A program made the position numbers and the translations under genes. 62,000 nt of DNA from NCBI RefSeq assembly GCF_001949145.1, contig NW_019091402.1, forward strand, positions 1,736,001 to 1,798,000, given 5' to 3'. The notes under the pieces were generated by a model. The model did not search any database, was not told where the DNA came from, and was given only the letters and a program-made list of their open reading frames with translations. Below, in pieces: positions 1-10,648 of this stretch (position 1 is the stretch's first letter; the number at the start of each line of letters is the position of its first letter). Origin of the DNA: Acanthaster planci. Taxonomy: Eukaryota.

Positions 1-8
1 NNNNNNNN

Positions 9-3000
9 TGGGCCTTAATAGCCTTGAAGGCCGCCTTCCACTTGCTCTTGGCTGCCAGTGACTGCTGGAGTACCTTGTCCTCCTCTTCTTCCTCTTTGGT
101 CAGCTGTGATTTTGTGAACACCAAAACAAGGATGATTAAACCCAGTTCTCCAATGGGTACTGGTCATGACTACAAAATCGATACAGGTTCTTGCTGGCCA
201 AATCTCTGCAATACCACCTTTGTTGCACAGGTTCTTCATTACCAGTCATGAGTCCTGACTATTCCTTAGGAAATCAGTGCTTTAGTCTTTTACTCTTTTG
301 GCTTCAGGCACACAATGCTGCATTAACATTACAGATTACAGAAGATGCCTTCAGTGACATTTATTAACTACACTGTTACATTGACAGGTGTAAATGCAGA
401 AAGTTCTGAAGCAAAATAGATTCAATAAACCTATCTGTACCTAATCAAACCAGATTCTGAGCGATTTGCATTAAGCCGCGAGAGTAGAGTATTAAATATT
501 AATGTATCACATGGACAAAATGACGCTTCATTAAATAAAAACAAAACCTTCATATTTATTGACTGAAAAGTTCAAAGCCATAGCAGCTTCATTTGGACAT
601 GGTTTTACTGCACAAGGACTTGCGACTCAACCAAATAACTTGTACTTGAACTTGCAAGAAATGGCATGCTGCCACATCTCTGTTTGCCTACAAGGTGAGG
701 GATTACTTACAAATGAGGGATCGTCAAATCTGGTGGCCATGTCCCGGGCCCTTAGGCCTCGAAGCAGACGTGAGGGCAGGTCTTTCTCTGGGTCCTTGGC
801 AACTTCCTCTCTCATCGTTTCCTCTGCTTTCTCCTGGAACCCGAGAGAGTCAACAGAAGAAATTGTAGGATTTGAATTGAGAGAGGTATGCTTCAATGGT
901 CTCGCAGTAAGTGAGGGGAGAGGAACAGTTGGGTTGGGTTGCAGCAAGGATTGGGTGGATTGGATTGGGCGGGTTAGGGTGAAGTGAGTTCAGTTTTGAG
1001 TGAAGTTGGTTAGGTTCGGAGAGTGAGGATTGAGTAGGGCGTGCTCGTGGGCCTGGGATTAGGTGGAATGGGTTGATGAGGATGGTGTGAGTTCAGGTTT
1101 AAGTGAAGGTGATTCGGTTTGTATGAACTGGATGGGGTGAGGTAGGGTAATGCTGGGCTTAGTGAAGCAGGATGTTTGAGTTGGCTATGTAGGATGGCCA
1201 GGTCCCACAGGTGGATTGGGTCAGAACGGGGTGTATTTGGATAAGTACAGCGGGTGGGTGGGATAGTTGGGTCTGAGGTACGGTAGGTCATCAGGCTGAG
1301 CTCACCTTAGTTTTCATGACCTTCATCCTAATTCGTTCCCTGATGGAGGCATTCAGGTTCTTGGAGGGCTCTGGCATGACCACTCCTGTTTGAGCAGCTA
1401 TCACCGCTTCCTCCATACTCATGGGCTCTAGGACGGGGGGAAATAAGACCAACAAGGGGTGAGATGATGGGACAGCACAACTGGTGAGATGGGAGTGGTC
1501 GTGATCAGGTCCATCAGAGCAGCTGTCAAGGCTTCGTCCATACTCGTGGGCTTGAGGTGAGGGGAAATGACACCATAAAGGTGAGATGATGGGACAGCAA
1601 TAGTACTGCGACTAGTCAGACATCCGACGAGATGGGAGTGGTCACGACCACGCCCTGAGGAGCAGCTTTCGTGGCTTCCTACTGCCTGCCTTGCCTGGAG
1701 GTTTCCCGAGGTTTAGCAGAGTTTTCCGGGCTATCTCAGGGTAATACCCCCAGTTTACCCTTTCTTTCATTTTGCATTCGTCCCTCACCTTTGCTATCCT
1801 TCCTGGCCTTGCTTTTCTTCTTCTTCCCCGCTCCTTCCTCGACTGACTCATCCTCCGGCTGCCCTGCCTCATCCGCTAGGCTCCCAAGCTGCTCTGGGGC
1901 GGTCTCTATCTCCCTCTCGGGAGCCAAGCGCTTGACTTTCCTTCTGGGGGCTTTGGCAGGGGGCTTGCTGTCGTCAACAGGCTGTTCCAAGGCAGTAGAC
2001 AACTACCCAACAAATAAAAAACGGCACGAACCTCAACCAAAGCTAAGACTGAGTGAAAAATTTAAACTTTAGTCCCCCAAAAAGCTTCTGTCTTTTGTAA
2101 GTTTTTCAACGTCTGGTTTATAAAGAACATGTGAACCACAGTGGGCGGATTTCTTAATTCTAGTCTAGTTCCCACCCTTCTGAATCACAGGGTACAATGA
2201 GGGGACCAGTGAAAAAAATTTAAATTATAGACTGGTTACCATCTCTCCTTCTAGCGGGACCAGTGAAACTGGTTCCAACCCCCTTTTGAACCCTCCCTTC
2301 CTTGCAATCTCACCTCTTTCAGTTTCTTCTCCCGATTTGATGTCAGCTTCTCCACAAGATTCTCCGCTTCTCGGATCTCCTCCATGGGCTTGAGAAAACA
2401 GAAATTTGTAAAAAATAACAGAAGTTCAAAAACCAAGCATTTACTGCAAACAAAGGAGCAGAAAATTACGCACGATCCTGCAAACAACAAGCCTTAATTA
2501 CAACATTGGGCTCCCATACCAAAGTCATGAATTTGCTCATTAAGTACAACTTCATAAGTCACAGGTTTGAATCCAAGTCCAATACAACCAAAAATTCAAT
2601 ATTAATTTCAGGCAAAATGGGGGCAGAAATCACCAAATGTTATCCCCACTCCAAAACCACGCAAAGCAAGGTAGTTTGGGAAGTTGGACAATTCCCCTAC
2701 CCTCTGTTAATTTTCTCACATAAAAGTTATCCAAAGAAAACAAATTACTGCAGAAACCAGTAGGTGATCCACTGATAATATTCAGATAACTCAATATTAT
2801 GCAGACTCCATAAAGACTAATGAAAGCCATGTTTGATTCAATATTTCGTTCTTTATTCAGAACATAATTCCTGAAGATGTTCTGAATAAAGAACGAAATA
2901 TTGAATCAAACATGGCTTTCATTAGTCTTTATGGAGTCTGCATAATATTCAGTTACTGCAGAAAACGTTGATATTTAATACTGGCAACGAACATTGTGGA

Positions 3001-6000
3001 ATTGGCCTCGTTCTGAAATGCTGGGTCACATTTGTAACCTACATGTATGTATGTGAAAAATCAAGAATGCTTAAAATGCAATGAAACACACTCATATTTA
3101 ACAACTACTGTACATGTAGGTGGGAACAGACAGCTCTAGTATCTACATATATGCAAATTTGTGTGCTGACTCACATCCACAATAGTCTCCATCTCCTCCA
3201 CTCCATCATTTTCAAGCGTCACAGTCTGGGTAAAATAAAAACTTCTGAATTATTTTTCCAGTTAAAGAACACATATTTTTTTCTCCTTCTTGCAAACAGA
3301 AGGGGTGATCTGGTGTTTCAAAAACACGTTTTGGGTCAAAGATGAAAGTATAAGAAGACACGACAGGCAAAAAGTCTAATCAAGTAATACACCAACAAGC
3401 CTACATGTAATAAGCAGAGCTGGCGAGAGTTGCGACACCTTCAGATTAGAAGCCATTTTGGTTCCTACATGTAACTCTGCAGGACAAGTGCACCCCTGTG
3501 GGTATAAAATAACACATTCCAACCTTTTGTCATTTTTTGGGTATTAGCACACCCTACACACAACAGCCAACTGTTTTGGACAAAAAATGGTGGCACGCAT
3601 ACCCTCTTGTCAGTATATCACAACTCTATCTACGTGTGCGTCTGAAACCAAAGTACATGTCATCTCAAATCTACATTTCATTTCATGAAATTCTGACATG
3701 TGCTATAACACTGTACACATGGTACACTCAGTGTTTGTCCCCGAAAGCTTGTGAAAAAACCACAAGTGTACTCGAGTGGGACTCGAACCCACCAAATTCA
3801 ATTAACATCTCCCTGGCACAAATTCATCCTTGGAAATAGTTGTTCAGGGTACCCGCTGCTACATCTGACTCGAACCAGCCAGCCGACACCGGCAAGCTCA
3901 GTGGTCAAGTGGTTAAGACATCTGCATTAGAAGGAAGTCGTGGGTTCGAGTCCCCCCCCTTGTATGCTTGTGGGTTTTATTCACAAGCCTTCAGGGGCAA
4001 ACATGGAGTATACGATGTTCTGATACTTGTCAGGCAGGGCAAAAATCCAAACTCTAGGGCCTACATTTCATGTTTTGTCAAATACTTGTAAAGCTTTAAA
4101 AGCCTCACGGAATAAATTGAGAAAGACAAAATTTGTTCGAAGGAAATAAATTTGATTGGATGACGATGCACACGTGCACATGTACCCACCCCATTCCTAC
4201 TGGTAGACTGCACCATCTCTAGGTCCATGGTTGGTGTCATAGACTCGCGTAGGTCCTTCCTGCGTTTCATGAGTCGCTGCTGTAGGGTTCTTGAATGAAG
4301 GAAGATATATATTGTACATGTACTCACAGTCGGTAAACTAATTTCAGCGACTTTGCATTGCAATTACAGATGATCCACAGAACTCGGTATCTGATGATCC
4401 AGCATTCTTGCAGTCAGGCGGCCTTTTTGGAGAGATTCTTGTTGGAAAATACAGACCTAAGTATGTTTTGAAACAACATTCCACCAGTATTTTGGGGCAA
4501 AACGAGCAACAGTTAGTATTTTGGCACTCAACTCGTTCAGAATCCATTCTCATTTATCAGGTCGAGTCTATGGTACCAATGGGCCCTTGTGTATGCAGTC
4601 CATATCAGAGAGACCCAACAAGTTCTAGTTCTGGGAGTGACAACTGATCACTTTTTTCTGTCTTTCAACTTTCCACTGGCCAGCAAAAATTAAAATAAGA
4701 ACATTAAAAAGTATACAATAGGCTCAACCTGTTGTCTGCCGCCCATACACAATTTCACAGGGTGTTCCCATTTGCCAAGCGTTGTATGCATGCGCACATA
4801 TTTAATAGCTACCTTTCAGGTGTCTGTTTGAACAGGAGCATTTTACAGTTGTACGCCCCCAAAACTGCCAGCAGCAAATTTGTTACGTTCTTCAGTGATG
4901 CCAGTATATAGAGGGATCCCAATGTGACGCTTTTAGCGTCGATCTGCGCACTTCCGCGTTTGAAAACAAGGCTGTATGTGTCAGCTTCAATTCTTAATAC
5001 GATCAGACGATTGAAAGTAAGGAGTCAAGATGCAAAAAAGGTATGTTAAATTCAGACTTTTCAGGCGGCAAATTTTGGTGGAAGAGTCTTTCAGGATGAC
5101 TCGACATGTAAAATCAAAAGAAAACAGCATAACGGCAGAATGACTTACGAACCGGATACTCATGTACATTGTCGAGTCCGGGGGCGTGTGCGCAACGTTC
5201 AACATAGAGAACCTCGGTTTCAATGCGGATATGCGCAGACGGCACTCATGTGAAATCCCTCTATTCAAATTACATTACAATAGCCACTTATTTCCTACAA
5301 GTATACTCATAGACTCTGTTACACCTGTGACTACGAGTCACTCATTGTCAACAGTGAACATGTTGAAATTAAAGCTTAAAAAAAATACACAATAAAAGGA
5401 AAACCAAGCAAGTCATGAATACACATGAAGGGAATGCGCGAATGAGTGGGAAGATGGCATGGGAGTTTAGCACATCCACATGGCCATGACAAGTCCAACA
5501 AAGGAAAGAAAAGAAAAACAGACAAGAAAAAGGAAAGGAGGCACTGGACAACGGACATGTTGGAGGGAAGAAACTGCAAGTGTCAGGTGTAATCAGTCGA
5601 TCTTTGTGCAATCTTTTTTACCTCATTTCACAATTTGCTGATCAGTCCGCCATCAGCCAATCGGCTTTTATTTCCAAATGGCTGGTGTGGAAAGATAGTT
5701 TCAAAAACTTTGGGGAATGAAGTCAGAGATTCAATCCTGGATCAAGTGATGGCACAATGCGATCATGCAAGCACAGTGATCAACCAAGCGCACCAAACAT
5801 AGGCAGTCTCTACAACATGTGCATGTACATTTGCAGAGTGCCGCAACCGAAACCTGGTTTTTAATATTGAAGGCTGTACATGTAACTCATAAATTTATAT
5901 TTTAATGTTTCAGAGTATTTTGAAGTTTTTCAGCATGACATATTCAAGAATACCTGTTTTACGTCTATGAGTACATGTAACATGGACACCAGACAATTTT

Positions 6001-6280
6001 TAAAGAAAAACTTACACTTGTTACCAACGGTCTTTCCTTATCAACCATGTCAACAGGTGGAGAAATGGCAAAATGGACTTAAAGTGCACTACAAGCAGTT
6101 ACATGTGCATGAACAAACATTACTTACGAAGTGGACATGATAGCTGATTGGCTGGGACTAGCGAAACATGCTGTTCTGACTGGCCAATGAAATGTCTCCC
6201 TCCCTAGGCTCTAGGACAAAGAGGTGAATGCACTGTGAATAAGAAGTTCTAGAGCGAATCTACACCATCTTCTTGTTCAT
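9..6280 (-). CDS. 5' part of a multi-exon gene for a charged/coiled-coil protein, tentatively CC2D2A-like N-terminus (runs off the left edge)
   Basis: GT-AG exons with consistent phases: 6266-6280 (MNKKM; weak donor), 4214-4279 (QRLMKRRKDLRESMTPTMDLEM), 3175-3225 (TVTLENDGVEEMETIVD), 2314-2388 (PMEEIREAENLVEKLTSNREKKLKE), 1789-2002 (LSTALEQP...KDSK), 1306-1427 (EPMSMEEAV...NASIRERIRMKVMKTK), 711-833 (EKAEETMREE...FDDPSF), 9-103 (LTKEEEEEDKVLQQSLAAKSKWKAAFKAIKA). SIRERIRMKVMKTKEKAE resembles the CC2D2A segment SMRGRMREKLQAARSKAE as I recall it. No diagnostic domain is in the window, so the identity is tentative. Confidence 0.75.
930..1295. repeat. Degenerate ~5-nt-periodic G/T-rich microsatellite (TGGGT/TGAGT-like), intronic
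   Basis: Runs such as gttgggttgggttg, ggattgggtggattggattggg and tgagttcagttttgagtgaagt. Lies between exons 711-833 and 1306-1427. Confidence 0.55.
2787..2955. repeat. Long near-perfect inverted repeat (hairpin)
   Basis: Arm 2793-2865 is the exact reverse complement of 2877-2949 (73 bp), with an 11-nt loop AATTCCTGAAG. Pairing extends 5 bp more past one mismatch. Confidence 0.92.
3722..4013. mobile_element. Head-to-head inverted pair of tRNA-derived (SINE-like) repeats
   Basis: Plus copy 3891-4013 has box A GTGGTCAAGTGG and box B GGGTTCGAGTCC. 3722-3793 is the reverse complement of its box B and 3' part (gggactcgaaccc; cttgtgaaaaaaccacaag vs cttgtgggttttattcacaag). Confidence 0.7.
4908..5264. 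mobile_element. Non-autonomous DNA transposon (MITE), PIF/Harbinger-like termini
   Basis: Imperfect TIRs ATAGAGGGAT...TCTGCGCACTTCCGCGTTTGAAA / TTTCAATGCGGATATGCGCAGA...ATCCCTCTAT. Confidence 0.6.
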
Positions 6281-6351
6281 CGTAATGCAAGCTGTCCCAA
6301 ATATCACCCAAAAGTCATGGGATACGGTACACAAACCTGTTCTGCGGAATT

Positions 6352-6751
6352 CAGTGGCGTAAATCTGTGTTGGAAATTGGAGGGGATGGGGTGGGGAAAG
6401 GTGGGGGGATGACTTGCCCGGCCATGGAAATTTGAAAAGTGGAGGGGAGCACAATTTACACTACATAGGGGGCGATGTTCATGATCAAGATGTACGTTTG
6501 TAATGTGCATCAAATTCAAGCTGAATCTTCCATCAGAATAGTATATTAATGGCTTTTTAAAATTGCTTTCCCTTTTACATGATACTGCAAACATTTTTCA
6601 AAAATTTGAAATTCTTCTAAATCAGCTTTTTTATGCTCATCACAAAAAAGTGTGTGTGGGGGGATGGTTCAACAGCACATCCCCTAACCTCAAAAAGTGG
6701 GGGGGGGGATATATCCCCATCTCCCCCCTTCCCCCGGAATTTACACCCATG
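6352..6751. mobile_element. Degenerate hAT-like MITE
   Basis: Termini CAGTGGCGTAAAT / ATTTACACCCATG with G-run and C-run subterminal tracts. TSD degraded. Confidence 0.45.
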
Positions 6752-7452
6752 GTAGAATGAAAACTTTATCTGATGCAAGATCAATCAAAAGACCAACAAG
6801 TTTTGTCACTAACTTCAGAATCCTGCTGATTACAATGTATGTACATGATATACATGATGTAATACACATTTCTTAAACATTCACTGCCAAAAGTGGCAAC
6901 AATTTTCAAGCATAATAATATACATGTACCACAATGACACCTCAATCCCAAAATGGCATAAAAAGAGCACTCCTAGTGTCCCAAAGATAAGAGTGATGAG
7001 GCATTTTGCACAGAGTGGCGGGGTATTATTCTGCACTTAGGCCTATTACTAGGCCTAGGCTACTAGTACTAGTAGCTGACTTGACTAGGCCTGGGCCTCC
7101 AACCAAAATCAAAAGTTGCACAAAGCATACCCGTAGGTTAAATAATTGAATTAAAAACTCTGCCCTCTTTTCACAACATCAACCCCACAGTTATTGTGCA
7201 TGATGTCATAGGCCTAGTTATCTATCAAGGGAATCCGAAAGTTAAAGATCTATCCTTTTCACGAAATCAGTTCAACGCAAACATCATTGGAGCTGTGTGT
7301 ATGTGATGCAAAAACATCATCAATCATGCTCCTAACTATTTGAATCCGTCAAAGTTGAGGTTCTTAAGTGTGCAATAAACACAAAACTTCAAATTCCTTA
7401 TTCTGAATAATTTTCAGTTAAAAGTGAGAAAGAATAGTCAGAAAACACTAAC

Positions 7453-7640
7453 CTTTTCTTCACAATTTCGCGCTCTACCGTCAAAATCAATTGGAATGTT
7501 TATGCAGCACCCAGCGATAATTGTGTCAAGAGAGGGCGCCCGACTGGACTGTCAGTGGACGCGACGCTTCCGGCGTGCAGTCGAATGATCTGGACACGGC
7601 TGATTACAGCACAGTTGGCTGCGGCTTGAAGCTATATGTA
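7453..7640 (-). promoter_or_regulatory. Probable 5' non-coding exon and promoter of the CC2D2A-like gene
   Basis: Donor AAAG|GTTAGT at 7453/7452. Switch from CpG-poor to CpG-rich sequence. AGAGGGCGC at 7531-7539. TAGGCCTA cluster (7040-7100) in the presumed first intron. Confidence 0.35.
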
Positions 7641-9682
7641 TATACATTCTGTAGGGGAACTCGCTGTAGGCTTGAGTGTAATAATAAGCCGCAGTCAAGA
7701 CTTTCGGACACGGCCAGAATTGACAGAGGCTGAGAACACAATGTATTAAGTGGTTCTGTTTAGTTTCAAATGACCACGGGAGTATTGATTGATCCATAGC
7801 TAAAGGTTGATTATATCGTGATTATTAATGACCTGTTCCCACGATGGCAGAAAAAGTCAGTCAGCTTCGACCCAAGGTACATCAATGGAACGTCACTCGG
7901 ATTCTGTTCAATTTTGGGTCTTCAACGCGGATATTATTCATTTCACAACTCTGTAAAGCATTTTAAAAACCGGACCCTGCTACTGAAATTGGACCGAAAT
8001 TCCCCAATCGCCGCCTCACAACAAAGAAAGTGGGCGGTCTCAGACGAATTTCTTGCCCGCCAAATATTGGATTAATTAACCAATCACACTGGCCAGATTG
8101 ATGAACCTATTACGTCTCTCCCAACAGACCAATCATCATTGAACGGCATAAGCAATACAGTTTGACGATTTTTTTCAGGCGCACAACTATGTATGTAGTC
8201 CCGGCTCGTTGACCATTAGATCTTAAAGTAGTACTCTGAATTTATCAACGAAAACATTTTATTCAGGAGGGGGGATCAATTGGGAATTCAATTATTTTCT
8301 GATAAACAGATAATCGCACCATCACGTACATAAATATTTAAAGAAGATAACATTTCAAAGGTCCCAGTGCGGAGAAATATAACCAATAGTGCTGTGTCCC
8401 GCAGTATTTGTTTCTTTGTCATTACGCCACTGGAATTCAAGCAGAGAGGAGGGTTGTGTAATACACCGAATCGTCGCCACGAAAAAAATCAGCCACGAGA
8501 GACGATGATGAAATTGTGTGCTCTCCTACGACTAAAGTTTGAAAACTTTGGCGATGCCTCAGTGAATTTTCTTTGCTACAGTGCCCAAAGGTTGGCTGCC
8601 CAGACTACCCTTGCTGTGTGACCGAAATCTGCAAATATCAAGGGGCATTACTCGTCAACAGCACCGAGGAAATGTTGTAGTCTGTTGACTCAGCATTCTT
8701 TGAATTTTTCGTCCAAGCCTTGCCTCACATGCCCGTGCCCAGGTGGTGAACCCCGGACTTACCAGGGTTTGCGGATGTATCTCGATATAGTTGGGAACTT
8801 CTCTTTCAGGATGAAAATGTTTGTGTCACTCCACAGCCCCGCTAAAGGCCAAAACTAAGGCTGGACGTTGGTAGATATGTGAGTAACTTTAGTGAACTCA
8901 GTATAGAGTGATGTTTCATTGGTTTTTCAACTGAACTAGACTAAAATAAACCCTGTGGACTTGTGGACTCATGTGTGTCAAATGATCTGAATGACGATTT
9001 GGAGTTGGAGGCCATACTGCACAAAAAAGAAGCTTGGTGGTAAGTGCAATGTTTCATTGCAGGGAAAAAGCCGAGGTATGTGATGAAGTTGACTTTTGTG
9101 AAGTTTACATTTATCTCGCAGAACTTTTAAGAGTCGCAGGCAAAATCAAAAAGTCTAGTAACTGACGCTTTGGTCTAAATTAGGCTTCAGAACAATTGTT
9201 TTTCATGGCGTGTGATCCGGGGCTTTTTGATATTTCTTGCCCAAAAAGAGTGGGTCCAAGCTGTCTGCTTTTGTCTTAATAAATGCCATACTCTTGCAGT
9301 ACTGTCTAGTCTTTGGGATGTTATTCCGTCTAGCGCAAATGGCCAATGAAATCGTGTCTTCCATTGTTCGATCTGCATGTAAAGAAATTCCACGTGCATT
9401 CGAAGAGCCAACATTTCGGCGAGTGGGCGTGGTTTGTATTCGGCATTCATTGACGCGACGTGAAACTTGAAAAGCCGTGGTATGCAGGCAGGTGTCGATT
9501 GCTGGCTCAACTCATCAAACCCCGAGCTGAACACGTGCGCAGGGCGTGGGACAGCTTTCTCGTGTCATAGGGGCACCGACTTATTTGATATTTTGTATGT
9601 AGGTACAATTTCACCGTGTCGGTGCTAACCGATTGAATTTTTATTGACTTTCACCAACTGGCAAAGAAATGACAATGGCGGG

Positions 9683-10648
9683 NNNNNNNNNNNNNNNNNN
9701 NNNNNNNNNNNNNNNNNNNNNNNNNNNNNNNNNNNNNNNNNNNNNNNNNNNNNNNNNNNNNNNNNNNNNNNNNNNNNNNNNNNNNNNNNNNNNNNNNNNN
9801 NNNNNNNNNNNNNNNNNNNNNNNNNNNNNNNNNNNNNNNNNNNNNNNNNNNNNNNNNNNNNNNNNNNNNNNNNNNNNNNNNNNNNNNNNNNNNNNNNNNN
9901 NNNNNNNNNNNNNNNNNNNNNNNNNNNNNNNNNNNNNNNNNNNNNNNNNNNNNNNNNNNNNNNNNNNNNNNNNNNNNNNNNNNNNNNNNNNNNNNNNNNN
10001 NNNNNNNNNNNNNNNNNNNNNNNNNNNNNNNNNNNNNNNNNNNNNNNNNNNNNNNNNNNNNNNNNNNNNNNNNNNNNNNNNNNNNNNNNNNNNNNNNNNN
10101 NNNNNNNNNNNNNNNNNNNNNNNNNNNNNNNNNNNNNNNNNNNNNNNNNNNNNNNNNNNNNNNNNNNNNNNNNNNNNNNNNNNNNNNNNNNNNNNNNNNN
10201 NNNNNNNNNNNNNNNNNNNNNNNNNNNNNNNNNNNNNNNNNNNNNNNNNNNNNNNNNNNNNNNNNNNNNNNNNNNNNNNNNNNNNNNNNNNNNNNNNNNN
10301 NNNNNNNNNNNNNNNNNNNNNNNNNNNNNNNNNNNNNNNNNNNNNNNNNNNNNNNNNNNNNNNNNNNNNNNNNNNNNNNNNNNNNNNNNNNNNNNNNNNN
10401 NNNNNNNNNNNNNNNNNNNNNNNNNNNNNNNNNNNNNNNNNNNNNNNNNNNNNNNNNNNNNNNNNNNNNNNNNNNNNNNNNNNNNNNNNNNNNNNNNNNN
10501 NNNNNNNNNNNNNNNNNNNNNNNNNNNNNNNNNNNNNNNNNNNNNNNNNNNNNNNNNNNNNNNNNNNNNNNNNNNNNNNNNNNNNNNNNNNNNNNNNNNN
10601 NNNNNNNNNNNNNNNNNNNNNNNNNNNNNNNNNNNNNNNNNNNNNNNA
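9683..10648. other. Assembly gap (other gaps: 11801-12549, 19359-20376, 40969-41357)
   Basis: Runs of N. Confidence 0.99.

Noticed and set aside
1010..1291. Pro/His-rich 93-aa ORF
   Set aside because: Translation of an intronic degenerate pentamer repeat.
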